Shown: in pieces, positions 9,716 to 19,124 of the stretch
Layout: each line of letters starts with the position of its first letter
Numbering within the stretch: position 1 is the stretch's first letter
From: Candidatus Omnitrophota bacterium
GTDB taxonomy: Bacteria; Ratteibacteria; UBA8468; MWAK01
Assembly (NCBI GenBank): GCA_043797665.1
Contig: JAZDPL010000057.1
Span: 1 to 64,000, forward strand
Direction: 5' to 3'
Length of the DNA: 64,000 nt
Translations under genes and position numbers: made by a program
The notes under the pieces: model-generated
Databases searched by the model: none
Told to the model about the DNA's origin: nothing
The model's input: only the letters and a program-made list of their open reading frames with translations

Positions 9716-11647
9716 ATGGCAAAAGAAAAGATTATCGGTATTGATTTAGGCACCAGCAACTCGGCCGCGGCTGTCTACGAGGCCGGCCGGCCGACCATAA
9801 TTCCCAGCGCGGAAGGAATGACCGTCTCCGGCAAAGCCTTTCCTTCCTACGTGGCTTTCACCAAAGACGGCCAGGTCCTGGTAGGTGAACCGGCCCGCCG
9901 GCAGACGGTTGCCAATCCGGACGGTACTATCCTGGGCGCCAAGCGTAAGATGGGCACCGACTATAAATATACTATCTTCGGTAAAGAGTATACGCCCCAG
10001 CAAATATCCGCTTTCATCCTCCAGAAGATAAAGAAAGACAGCGAAGCCTTTCTCGGCACCGAGGTGAAGAAAGCGGTCATTACTGTACCGGCTTACTTTA
10101 ACGATAACCAGCGCCAGGCGACCAAAGATGCCGGCACCATCGCGGGTCTGGAAGTAGTCCGCTTAATCAACGAACCGACCGCGGCCGCCTTTGCCTACGG
10201 TTTAGACAAGATTGAACAGGCGTTGAGGGTTCTGGTTTTTGACATCGGCGCCGGCACTCTTGACGTGACCATTATGGACCTGGATAAGGGTGTGGGCAAG
10301 GTTATCTCCACCAGCGGAGATACCCATCTGGGCGGTCTGGATATGGACAATCTGATTATTGATCATATCGTTGCGGAATTCAAGAAAGAAACCGGTCTGG
10401 ACTTAAAGCAGGACAAAATGGCGGTACAGCGTGTCCGTGAGGCTGCGGAAAAGGCAAAGATTGAACTCTCGACCACTCTGGTAACCGATATTAATCTCCC
10501 CTACATAACCGCAGACAGTACCGGTCCCAAGCACCTGACGATGTCCATCCGCCGCGCTACCCTGGAAGAATTAATCCGGCCCATTCTGGACCGGTGCGAA
10601 GGTCCTTTAAACCAGGCAATTTCTGATGCCAAGTTAACTCCCAAAGATATTGCCCGAATCATAATGGTCGGTGGTCCGACCCGGATGCCCATCGTTCAGG
10701 CGTTCCTGGAGGACATCGTCGGCCGGAAAGCCGAAGGCGGGGTTGACCCGATGGAGTGCGTGGCGGTTGGCGCCGGTATTCAGGGAGCAATCCTGGCGGG
10801 AGACCTCCAGGACCAAGAGCTGTTGCTTCTGGACGTAACGCCTCTTTCGTTGGGCATTGAAACCCTGGGCGGCGTAACGACCAACCTCATCCAGCGCAAT
10901 ACCACCATCCCCACCACAAAGAGCCAGATTTTCAGCACCGCGGCGGACGGTCAGACCGCGGTCGACATCCGCATCCTTCAGGGTGAACGGCCGATGTCTG
11001 CGGATAATACTACGCTGGGCAATTTTCAACTCACCGGCATTCCGGCCGCTCCCCGGGGAATGCCCCAGATTGAGGTTTCTTTTGACATTGACGCCAACGG
11101 AATCCTGAACGTCTCCGCCAAAGATAAAGGGACCGGCAAGGAACAATCCATCAAGATTACCGCTTCCACCAAACTCTCCAGGGAAGAGATTGACAAGATG
11201 GTCAAACAGTCGGAGCAGTTTGCGGACGCAGACCGCAAGAAGAAAGAAGTAATTGAGACCGCCAACCAGGCCGACAACCTTGCCTACACCACGGAAAAGA
11301 CCCTGAAGGAACACGGCTCCAAACTTCCCGAGGAAGAACGCCGGAAGATCGAAGAGAAAATTTCTGCCCTGAAGAAAGAATTGGAATCCCCGAACAAGAC
11401 CGTAGAATCCTTAAAGCGGTTGATGGAAGACCTGAACCAGGCAGCCTATAAGTTAGCCGAAATCCTCTACAAGCAGACTCAGGGACCGGGCGGCCCCACC
11501 GGTGAACAGCCCGGCGGTCCGGGACCGGGGTTTCAGGGAACAGGGCCCGAAGGTCAGGGTCCCCAGGAGCCGGGTTCTGAAGAATCAGGGGAAGAGAAGA
11601 AGAAAGACGAAGGTCCGGTCATCGACGCGGAATTCAAAGAACAATAG
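9716..11647 (+). CDS. dnaK: Chaperone DnaK (Hsp70), atypical subtype
   Basis: [57 protein letters not shown] tail, AAGGAG RBS. Confidence 0.97.
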   Translation: MAKEKIIGIDLGTSNSAAAVYEAGRPTIIPSAEGMTVSGKAFPSYVAFTKDGQVLVGEPARRQTVANPDGTILGAKRKMGTDYKYTIFGKEYTPQQISAFILQKIKKDSEAFLGTEVKKAVITVPAYFNDNQRQATKDAGTIAGLEVVRLINEPTAAAFAYGLDKIEQALRVLVFDIGAGTLDVTIMDLDKGVGKVISTSGDTHLGGLDMDNLIIDHIVAEFKKETGLDLKQDKMAVQRVREAAEKAKIELSTTLVTDINLPYITADSTGPKHLTMSIRRATLEELIRPILDRCEGPLNQAISDAKLTPKDIARIIMVGGPTRMPIVQAFLEDIVGRKAEGGVDPMECVAVGAGIQGAILAGDLQDQELLLLDVTPLSLGIETLGGVTTNLIQRNTTIPTTKSQIFSTAADGQTAVDIRILQGERPMSADNTTLGNFQLTGIPAAPRGMPQIEVSFDIDANGILNVSAKDKGTGKEQSIKITASTKLSREEIDKMVKQSEQFADADRKKKEVIETANQADNLAYTTEKTLKEHGSKLPEEERRKIEEKISALKKELESPNKTVESLKRLMEDLNQAAYKLAEILYKQTQGPGGPTGEQPGGPGPGFQGTGPEGQGPQEPGSEESGEEKKKDEGPVIDAEFKEQ

Positions 11648-11667
11648 TAAATACTCAGTGAATGCCG

Positions 11668-11744
11668 TGTCATTCCTGCGGATAGTAAGCAGGAATCTAT
11701 ACTTGTAATCAATGGATTCCCGCTAACAACGTGCGAGAATGACA
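11668..11744. repeat. GTC-ended palindromic repeat family A, copy 1
   Basis: TGTCATTCCTGCGGATAGTAAGCAGGAATC...GGATTCCCGCT...GCGAGAATGACA. Related to the copies at 20427 and 22311. Confidence 0.85.
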
Positions 11745-11804
11745 AATGACTTAATTCATTACGAATACGTTTGACGTATCACTTGCTGATTTAATTGGAC
11801 GGTT

Positions 11805-12755
11805 ATGTTAAAGATTGAGAACAACAATCTGCCTAATTTCAAATACGGCACTATTTGGGAAGACCAAGTTAATGGTCATAGAATAGGCTGTCTTGATGTT
11901 TCAAAAAAAGAAGACGTTGAAAAATTGATGCAGGGCAGAAAGGCAATTCTTGCCGTTCAAGACCCACCTTATAATGTTAATATAAACGATGAATTTGGAA
12001 ATTTACCTCTTGTTCAATATATTAGTTGGAGTGGAAAATGGGTTGATAACACGATAGATATTTTTGATAAAAATTCAGCTCTTTATATTTGGCTTGGTGC
12101 GGATATTAGAGATGCCTTACAACCACTTCCTGATTTTATAATTATGATGAGAAGTAAACCCATTCGCATTAGAAATTTTATAACTATGAGAAATCAGCGA
12201 GGATATGGAACGCAAAAAAACTGGATGGCAATCCGGCAAGAATTGCTTTATTACATAAAAGGAGAACCGGTTTTTAATGTTCAGGCCGAATATACAGATA
12301 TACCTAAAAAAACAAAGGGATATTACAAGGAAGTAAATGGAAAAATAACAGAAAATTTTGAACGTAGTAAGTCTCTAACGATTAGAGCTGGCAATGTTTG
12401 GCATGATATACAACAAGTTTTTTATTTAATGCACGAAAATATAGAAGGATGTTTTGCCCAAAAACCGCTTAAATCTGCTAAAAGAATTATTGAGGCGAGC
12501 AGTAATTTAGGAGACCTTATTGTAGATTTTTTCGGGCATTCCGGTTCCACTTTATTACAAGCAGAATTGAGTAAAAGAAAATGTTATACGATGGATATAA
12601 ACCCGAATTATTGTAAAATAATGGTTGCTAGATTACTTCATTATAGGCGGACAGGAGAAACCGGCTGGGGTAGGACCAAAATCTTAAAAGATGAGAAGAT
12701 TTTAGTAAGTGATGAACAATTATTGGGTACTCAAAATTTATTGAATTTAGTTTGA
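11805..12755 (+). CDS. Site-specific N6-adenine/N4-cytosine DNA methyltransferase (beta class)
   Basis: DPPY catalytic motif precedes AQKP and the DFFGHSGST SAM-binding motif. Markedly AT-rich. Confidence 0.92.
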   Translation: MLKIENNNLPNFKYGTIWEDQVNGHRIGCLDVSKKEDVEKLMQGRKAILAVQDPPYNVNINDEFGNLPLVQYISWSGKWVDNTIDIFDKNSALYIWLGADIRDALQPLPDFIIMMRSKPIRIRNFITMRNQRGYGTQKNWMAIRQELLYYIKGEPVFNVQAEYTDIPKKTKGYYKEVNGKITENFERSKSLTIRAGNVWHDIQQVFYLMHENIEGCFAQKPLKSAKRIIEASSNLGDLIVDFFGHSGSTLLQAELSKRKCYTMDINPNYCKIMVARLLHYRRTGETGWGRTKILKDEKILVSDEQLLGTQNLLNLV

Positions 12756-12769
12756 ATAATAAGGACAAT

Positions 12770-13486
12770 ATGGATAAAAAGAATCTAGAAAAAAAACTCA
12801 AAAAGTGGATTAAAGAATTACCACAAGAAAACAGGGAATCTTTGTTAGCGCGCTTAAGTAGTTTAAAATCAATATATCCGTTCAATGAATACGAGTATCG
12901 TTTGATGTACTTACTTGATAAGAACATTATTACCTTTGAAGAATACGAAAATTTAAGAAACTCTTATGTTAATGCTAATCCTTATCTAAATCTTTACAAC
13001 ATTTCACCGCGCGTATTCGGTGAAATCTGGGCCCAACAACATTTAATTGATATTGATCCAAGATTCAAAAAACCATCAAAAGAGATTGATGAAAAATATT
13101 CTGGTGATTACGATCTTTATCTCGAAAATGGTAAAAGAATAATTAAAGTTGAAGTCAAAGCATCGCGAGCAATAAATACAAAAGTTAGAGGTGGGTTAGA
13201 AACAAAAGCGTTGAGCTTTAAATCAGATGAGCCATATTGGATGAATTTTCAACAGCTTAAGTTGGGTATGGCAGATATTTTTGTTTTCATTGGTGTTTGG
13301 GTAAATAAAATTATTTATTGGATTTTGACTAATGAGGAAGTCAAAGAGCATCCGACAATAAGTCATCAACATAGAGGTGGAGTTGAATATCAAATTGGTG
13401 TTACAGAAAAGAATGTGGGTGAATTTACAAGATTTTTAGCCGAACCAACAAAATTAGTCAAAACAATTAAATCAAAAGTTAAATAG
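12770..13486 (+). CDS. Putative type II restriction endonuclease (PD-(D/E)XK)
   Basis: GDYDL...VEVKAS acidic/lysine motif, AAGGA RBS, directly downstream of the methyltransferase, same AT-rich composition. Confidence 0.7.
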   Translation: MDKKNLEKKLKKWIKELPQENRESLLARLSSLKSIYPFNEYEYRLMYLLDKNIITFEEYENLRNSYVNANPYLNLYNISPRVFGEIWAQQHLIDIDPRFKKPSKEIDEKYSGDYDLYLENGKRIIKVEVKASRAINTKVRGGLETKALSFKSDEPYWMNFQQLKLGMADIFVFIGVWVNKIIYWILTNEEVKEHPTISHQHRGGVEYQIGVTEKNVGEFTRFLAEPTKLVKTIKSKVK

Positions 13487-13687
13487 TTTTCAAAAATATG
13501 AGGTTCGTAGCCAGCACACGCATCCCCAAGTAGTGTAAACTTGTTCCTATAGACCAGTTTGCCTCCTTTGGTTTTCTTCTTGAGTTTCGCTTCTTCTATT
13601 CAAACAACTAAAAAATCGCCCATTTGTCCAATGGTTGCTGAAGATGCACAGGTAAGGGCCGAGGGAAAAAACCGATGAAGGGAACTA

Positions 13688-14401
13688 CTACTGATTGGAA
13701 CGGTTCTTCTCCAGAGATTCGCCGGTCATCGGAACGAAACTGACCGGAATAATTGACTTTTCGGTAATTTTACCCTTTGTCTTTCGCAGTAGTTTTAATT
13801 CCTGGAAATATTCACCTACCGGGATAACCATTCTGCCACCTTCCGCCAGTTGCTCAAGTAAAGGCTGGGGGATATAGGCTGGCGCACAGGTGACGATGAT
13901 TCCGTCAAAAGGTGCATACTCCCGCCAACCCTGATAACCGTCACCACATTTTACCAGGACATTTGTATAACCCAGATTTTTCAACCTTTCTCCGGCATCT
14001 TCCGCTAAAGGTTTCAGAATCTCAATGGTATATACCTTCCGGGCAAGTTCAGCCAGGACGGCCGCTTGATAACCACTGCCGGTACCTATCTCTAAAACTT
14101 TTTCGTTACCCTTCAGTTCCAAAAGTTCGGTCATCAAGGCAACGATGTAGGGTTGGGAGATGGTCTGACCTTCACCAATCGGCAGGGGATTATCTTCGTA
14201 AGCAAAGGGCCGGTATTTTTCGGGAACAAAAAGGTGCCGTTCTACTCTTTCCATAACCGCCAGGACCCTTTCATCCCGCACATCCCTGGCTCTTATCTGG
14301 GTTTCAACCATTTTCTTCCGGAGATTAGCATAATCAACCTCTCCGGCAAAGAGACCGGAAGATAGGAATAGAATGAGGATAAATACAGCGTTTCGGTACA
14401 T
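13688..14401 (-). CDS. pcm: Protein-L-isoaspartate O-methyltransferase
   Basis: GQTISQPYIVA, VLEIGTGSGYQAAVL, APFDGIIVT, FVPM. Confidence 0.96.
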   Translation of the reverse strand: MYRNAVFILILFLSSGLFAGEVDYANLRKKMVETQIRARDVRDERVLAVMERVERHLFVPEKYRPFAYEDNPLPIGEGQTISQPYIVALMTELLELKGNEKVLEIGTGSGYQAAVLAELARKVYTIEILKPLAEDAGERLKNLGYTNVLVKCGDGYQGWREYAPFDGIIVTCAPAYIPQPLLEQLAEGGRMVIPVGEYFQELKLLRKTKGKITEKSIIPVSFVPMTGESLEKNRSNQ

Positions 14402-14483
14402 ACTATTATTTTACCACGCGATAAATATTATCCCGCAATCGAGGTATGTTAAAAACGCCAAAAATATGGTATAATCAAACGAT

Positions 14484-15509
14484 ATGGATAAAAAAACGCT
14501 TATTCAAAAAATTGAGGGTCTGCGAAAGTCGCGAGTCATTACTTATTTAACCAGCGATCGGCAGGGACCGGTAAATGCGCGGATTGCGATGGACATAGTG
14601 CCGATTATCAGTAAACAACTTAGAGCAATCGGTAAAACGCAAAGTATCGATTTGTTTTTATATAGTGCGGGCGGGGACACGATGGTGCCGTGGCGGCTTG
14701 TTTCAATGATTCGCGAGTATTGCGACAAGTTTTCGGTTTTAATTCCCTACAAAGCCCACAGCGCGGCAACGATGATCGCGCTCGGAGCCGATGAAATTAT
14801 GATGAGCGACCTTTCGGAGATTTCGCCTATTGATCCCTCAACCGCCAATGTTTTTAATCCGCCGGATCCGCAAAACCCGCAAAATCGGATCCCAATTTCG
14901 GTGGAAGACGTGATGGCCTATTTTGATTTAGCCAAAAATAAATTCGGCATCAAAAACGATGAAGATCTTTCGCGTATATTTAATAAATTCGTGGACTCTA
15001 ATCCGCAGATTCATCCTTTGGCGCTTGGTAATGTCAACCGTACTCATAATTTAATTCGTATCCTTGCGAAGCGGCTTCTTAAAAGCCATAAAATGTCAAT
15101 GAAAGAAGACGAAATCGAAAAGATCGTGGATTACTTCACGGAAAAATTGTATTCGCATCAGTATTTTATCGGCAGAAAAGAAGCCAAAGAAGATTTAGGA
15201 TTGAAAAATGTTGTTTTTGCGGACGATCCGCTTTCGCAAGCGATGACCGGTTTATATGAGGAGTATGTAAAAGAAATGGATCTTGATAAACTATGGAATC
15301 AGGAAAACGAGCTTGGCCAAAATGCCGTGCAAAATAAAAAAGATTATAAAATCGCGTTTGTAGAAAGTCAGCAGTTGTCGAATTACTTTGAATTATCGAT
15401 TGATTACCGGAAACAACAAGTAAATATAGTTCAACAAACCCCGCAAGGCCCAGTCCAAATTCCGCAAGAGCAGGTGGGATTTAAAATTCTTAGACAGGGA
15501 TGGAAATAA
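14484..15509 (+). CDS. Clp-fold serine protease (SDH_sah-like family)
   Basis: IDLFLYSAGGD, IPYKAHSAATMIALGADEI, SPIDP pattern typical of ClpP/crotonase-fold serine proteases. Confidence 0.8.
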   Translation: MDKKTLIQKIEGLRKSRVITYLTSDRQGPVNARIAMDIVPIISKQLRAIGKTQSIDLFLYSAGGDTMVPWRLVSMIREYCDKFSVLIPYKAHSAATMIALGADEIMMSDLSEISPIDPSTANVFNPPDPQNPQNRIPISVEDVMAYFDLAKNKFGIKNDEDLSRIFNKFVDSNPQIHPLALGNVNRTHNLIRILAKRLLKSHKMSMKEDEIEKIVDYFTEKLYSHQYFIGRKEAKEDLGLKNVVFADDPLSQAMTGLYEEYVKEMDLDKLWNQENELGQNAVQNKKDYKIAFVESQQLSNYFELSIDYRKQQVNIVQQTPQGPVQIPQEQVGFKILRQGWK

Positions 15510-15521
15510 CTACTTCCAATC

Positions 15522-15558
15522 TTGACGGAAAGAAGCCCTGTAGCATATAATTACAGGG
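15522..15558 (+). promoter_or_regulatory. Promoter for gatC-accA-hisG with an overlapping inverted repeat
   Basis: TTGACG-18nt-TATAAT. CCCTGTA-N9-TACAGGG straddles the -10 box. Confidence 0.6.
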
Positions 15559-15560
15559 TT

Positions 15561-15875
15561 ATGGAGGAAAGGGAGATACGCTATCTGGCGCACTTAGCCC
15601 GAATTCAGCTTACCGATGCGCAGGTTGAGAAACTCAAGGCTGATTTGAACCAACTTCTGGAATACGTCGGGAAACTACAGTCTTTGCCAACCGAGGATGC
15701 CCCGCCTACGTATACGGCTCTTCCCTCCTATAACCGTTTTCGCAAAGACGAAATAAAACCTTCTTTTCCCACCGAGAAGGTTTTGGCAAACGCACCGGAC
15801 CGGAAAGGGAACTTCTTTCGGGTTCCCCGGGTCATAAGGGATTGTTTAACAACCCCTACAACCCATGGCGGATGA
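15561..15875 (+). CDS. gatC: Asp/Glu-tRNA amidotransferase subunit C
   Basis: YLAHLARI, NRFRKD, VLANAP, FFRVPRVI. The ORF-track TTG start coincides with the -35 box. Confidence 0.9.
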   Translation: MEEREIRYLAHLARIQLTDAQVEKLKADLNQLLEYVGKLQSLPTEDAPPTYTALPSYNRFRKDEIKPSFPTEKVLANAPDRKGNFFRVPRVIRDCLTTPTTHGG

Positions 15876-16671
15876 ACTTACACCCTGGCAGAGAGTGCAG
15901 TTGGCACGGGAGCCGAACCGGCCCCATACCCGGGATTATATTGCCGGTCTTGCCGCTGACTTTGTGGAACTGCACGGTGACCGATGTTTCGGAGACGACC
16001 CGGCCCTGGTAGGCGGTCTGGCTAAGTTTGAGGGTCAGCCGGTGGTTATCTTCGGGCACCAGAAGGGTAGCGAAACCAAGGAGAATATTGCGGTCAATTT
16101 TGGTATGGCTCACCCGGAAGGCTACCAGAAGGCACGCCGGTTTATGAAATTGGCAGAGAAGTTTCACCTTCCGGTCATCAGTCTGGTTGATACACCCGGT
16201 GCGCACCCGGGAGTGGAAGCCGAGGAGCGGAATCAGGCCGCCGCCATCGCCCGGAACCTTATGGTGATGTCAACCTTACGAACACCGATTATTACGGTGG
16301 TTATCGGTGAAGGAGGGAGTGGCGGAGCTCTGGGTATCGCTCTGGCAGACCGGGTTCTGATGTTAGAAAACAGTATCTACTCGGTAATTTCGCCGGAAGG
16401 CTGCGCGGCGATTCTCTGGAAGAGTCAGGAGGCGAAAGAGGAGGCCGCCAAAGCCTTGAAATTGACCGCCCCGGACCTTTTGGCGTTTAAAATTATTGAC
16501 GAAATTATTCTCGAGCCATCCGGCGGAGCGCATCTTGACCCTAAGACCACCATAGAAAAAGTACGCCAGGCTTTAATTAAAAATCTGAAGGAGTTGAAGG
16601 AGATAACGATAGAGGAACTGTTGAACCGGCGCTACGAGAAGTACCGCCGGATCGGGGTGTTTCAGGAATAA
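15865..16671 (+). CDS. accA: Acetyl-CoA carboxylase carboxyltransferase alpha subunit (short form)
   Basis: LTPWQRVQLAR, ELHGDR, DTPGA, IGEGGSGGAL, YSVISPEGCAAILW. Confidence 0.96.
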   Translation: MADELTPWQRVQLAREPNRPHTRDYIAGLAADFVELHGDRCFGDDPALVGGLAKFEGQPVVIFGHQKGSETKENIAVNFGMAHPEGYQKARRFMKLAEKFHLPVISLVDTPGAHPGVEAEERNQAAAIARNLMVMSTLRTPIITVVIGEGGSGGALGIALADRVLMLENSIYSVISPEGCAAILWKSQEAKEEAAKALKLTAPDLLAFKIIDEIILEPSGGAHLDPKTTIEKVRQALIKNLKELKEITIEELLNRRYEKYRRIGVFQE

Positions 16672-16675
16672 CACA

Positions 16676-17557
16676 ATGGATATGGATAAAAAACTGGTAA
16701 TCGGTCTGCCCAAGGGGAGTTTAGAAGAGACGACCATCCGCCTCTTCCAGAGAGCCGGGATAAACCTCTACGGCAAGTCCCGGACCTATTCTCTGGTGGC
16801 GGATGATAAAGAGTTGGAGATAATGCTGATTCGGGCACAGGAGATACCTCTTTATGTCGCCAACGGCAGTTTGGATGCCGGTCTAACCGGCCAGGACTGG
16901 ATTCTGGAAAGAAATGTCAGAGTGAAAGAGGTGGCAGAACTTTGTTACGCCAAAAGCGGCTTAGGTCAGGTAAGATTAGTTCTTGCGGTTCCGGAGAGTT
17001 CGGGTGTGAAAAGCGTAAAAGATTTAGCCGGGAAGCATATTGCCACGGAACTGGTCCGGGTAACCAAAGAATACCTCAAAAAAAACAAGGTGAAGGCAGA
17101 GGTGGAATTTTCCTGGGGGGCAACCGAGGTTAAGGCAGGAAAACTTTGCGACGCCATTACCGAACTTACCGAATCCGGTGCCACCCTTAAGGCGCATAGT
17201 TTAAAGATAATTGACACGATTTTAGTCTCAACCACCCGTTTCATCGCCAATTTAAAGTCCTACGCCGACCTCTGGAAGAAGAAGAAGATTGATTACATCA
17301 GCCTTCTTCTTCAGGCGGCGCTGAATGCGGAGGAATTGGTGGGTTTGAAACTGAATGCCAACGATAAGAACCTCAAGAAGATCCTGAGCGTTTTGCCCGC
17401 ACTGAAGAACCCGACTATCTCCCGACTGGTCACTCCGGGCTGGCATGCGATTGAGGTTATCTGCAAGCGGGAGGAGGTCACCGGTCTTATCCCGAAACTG
17501 AAAGAGGCCGGTGCCCAGGGTATTGTGGAGTATCCGTTAAATAGAGTGGTTTATTGA
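16676..17557 (+). CDS. hisG: ATP phosphoribosyltransferase (long form)
   Basis: GLPKGSL, IRAQEIP, FSWGATEVK, C-terminal regulatory domain (PTISRL...GAQGIVEYPLN). Confidence 0.95.
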   Translation: MDMDKKLVIGLPKGSLEETTIRLFQRAGINLYGKSRTYSLVADDKELEIMLIRAQEIPLYVANGSLDAGLTGQDWILERNVRVKEVAELCYAKSGLGQVRLVLAVPESSGVKSVKDLAGKHIATELVRVTKEYLKKNKVKAEVEFSWGATEVKAGKLCDAITELTESGATLKAHSLKIIDTILVSTTRFIANLKSYADLWKKKKIDYISLLLQAALNAEELVGLKLNANDKNLKKILSVLPALKNPTISRLVTPGWHAIEVICKREEVTGLIPKLKEAGAQGIVEYPLNRVVY

Positions 17558-17578
17558 ACTGAAAGGGGAATAGGAAAT

Positions 17579-17674
17579 ATGCCGTGCGGAAGAAAGCGCA
17601 AGCGCGCCAAGATGGCAAAACACAAGAGGAAGAAGAGACTACGCCGGGACCGCCATAAGAAGCGCGAGCGCTAA
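17579..17674 (+). CDS. 31-aa basic protein, bS22 / AURKAIP1-COX24 (mS38)-like small ribosomal protein
   Basis: MPCGRKRKRAKMAKHKRKKRLRRDRHKKRER with purine-rich AGGA upstream. Below the ORF-track length cutoff. Confidence 0.85.
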   Translation: MPCGRKRKRAKMAKHKRKKRLRRDRHKKRER

Positions 17675-17695
17675 GGAGTCGTTGTAAATACTGGT

Positions 17696-17751
17696 GTAGG
17701 GGTCGGATTTATCCGACCCGAATGAGCGGGCTTGATAAATCAAGCCCCTAC
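17696..17751. repeat. GTAG-type REP doublet with 6-nt spacer
   Basis: GTAGGGGTCGGATTTATCCGACCCG-AATGAG-CGGGCTTGATAAATCAAGCCCCTAC. Confidence 0.9.
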
Positions 17752-17797
17752 GCCCTATATTGCCAACGGCGTTCACTGAATATTTTACTTAATTTTG

Positions 17798-19120
17798 ATG
17801 CGATACAGAATTGTTTATCTCATCTTTTTTATTTTTGCCCTTCTGGTTCTGCCGATATCTGGTTGGACCGGTGAGATAAAGATAAAAAAGGTCCCTTCTC
17901 CTTATGCCGACTATCTAAAAGGCTTAGCGGCGATTGAAGAGGGAAACCTCTCGTCCGCTGAATCCTACCTGAAGAAAGCGCTCAAGATTTCACCCCGGAG
18001 CAGTGAAATCTGGAGCGGGTTGGCAGAAATATATCTGAAGACCAACAGGTTAGAGAAGGCGCTTGCCTGCTTCCGGAAAGCCAGGAGCCTGAATCCCCGG
18101 AATAAAGAAGCCTATTATGGCTTGGGGTTCATCTATTTACGCTTGCAGAAACCCGGCCTGGCCCGGGTTCAGTATGAGGCGCTCCTTAAACTCTGCCCGG
18201 ACGAGAAACCGGTTTACTTTCTTCTGGCTGACCTGTATACTTCGGAGAAGATGCTCTATCCGGCACTCGGAATCTACCAGAAGATTCTTAAGATGCTACC
18301 TGATGAGGCGGTGGTCTTTTACAACTACGGTGTTATCCTGGTACAACTGAAAAAATTTGACTCTGCCCGGGAGAACATTAACAAAACGCTGGAATTAGCA
18401 CCGAACTTCATTCCCGCCCAGGTTTTGCTTGCCAGAATATATCAGGAGACCAATGACATCCCTAACGCCAAAAAGACCTACCAGGCGATTTTAGAGCAGG
18501 CACCCCACAACCGGATAGTTCTGACCGAATTAGCCAAACTCTACATTGACGAGCATAACTGGTTAGAGTCTGCAGAAACCCTGGCAAAGATGCCCGAACC
18601 GAAAGACGCTGAAATTTTGCGCCTCTTAGGTTATCTCTACGACCGGGCAGAAGAGTACGGGAAAGCGCTGACTTCTTTAGAAAAAAGTTTGGAGTTGAAA
18701 GACAATGTTGACAGCCGGTTTTATTTAGCGATTACGCTTGACCACCTGAACCGGGATACGGAGGCTATTACGGAATTACGTAAACTCGTAACTGCCGAAC
18801 CGGAAAATGCGGTGACGCTCAACTATTTAGGCTATACCCTGGTGGAACGGAATGAAAATTTGGATGAGGCGGAAATTCTAATCAAGAAGGCGGTGCGTCT
18901 GGACCCCGATAACGGCGCTTATCTTGACAGTCTGGGCTGGCTCCATTTTAAGAAAGGGAACCTTCCGTTTGCCCGGTATTACTTGTTGAAGGCAATCCGC
19001 CGTGAAGAAGACCCGGAAATCTACCAACACCTGGCTGAAGTTTACCAACGGTTGGGCAGACAGCGTAAATCCGCCTATTACCGGAACAAATCCTCTTCCT
19101 TCCAGAAAAAGAAAGAATAA
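17798..19120 (+). CDS. Exported tetratricopeptide repeat protein
   Basis: Signal peptide, tandem TPR-like helices, C-terminal LNYLGY...AYLDSLGW...EIYQHL pattern. Confidence 0.9.
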   Translation: MRYRIVYLIFFIFALLVLPISGWTGEIKIKKVPSPYADYLKGLAAIEEGNLSSAESYLKKALKISPRSSEIWSGLAEIYLKTNRLEKALACFRKARSLNPRNKEAYYGLGFIYLRLQKPGLARVQYEALLKLCPDEKPVYFLLADLYTSEKMLYPALGIYQKILKMLPDEAVVFYNYGVILVQLKKFDSARENINKTLELAPNFIPAQVLLARIYQETNDIPNAKKTYQAILEQAPHNRIVLTELAKLYIDEHNWLESAETLAKMPEPKDAEILRLLGYLYDRAEEYGKALTSLEKSLELKDNVDSRFYLAITLDHLNRDTEAITELRKLVTAEPENAVTLNYLGYTLVERNENLDEAEILIKKAVRLDPDNGAYLDSLGWLHFKKGNLPFARYYLLKAIRREEDPEIYQHLAEVYQRLGRQRKSAYYRNKSSSFQKKKE

Positions 19121-19124
19121 AACC

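Noticed and set aside
10634..11314. 226-aa ORF antisense to dnaK
   Set aside because: Long antisense frames opposite dnaK arise from codon bias. There is no independent evidence for it.
13490..13680. Minus-strand stretch reading MGDFLVV*IEEAKLKKKTKGGKLVYRNK, a possible gene remnant or TGA readthrough
   Set aside because: Too short, with no recognisable homology. TGA is used as a normal stop in many genes here.
15536..15558. LexA box at the gatC promoter
   Set aside because: CTGT and ACAG are 11 nt apart, not the 8 nt of the proteobacterial SOS box.
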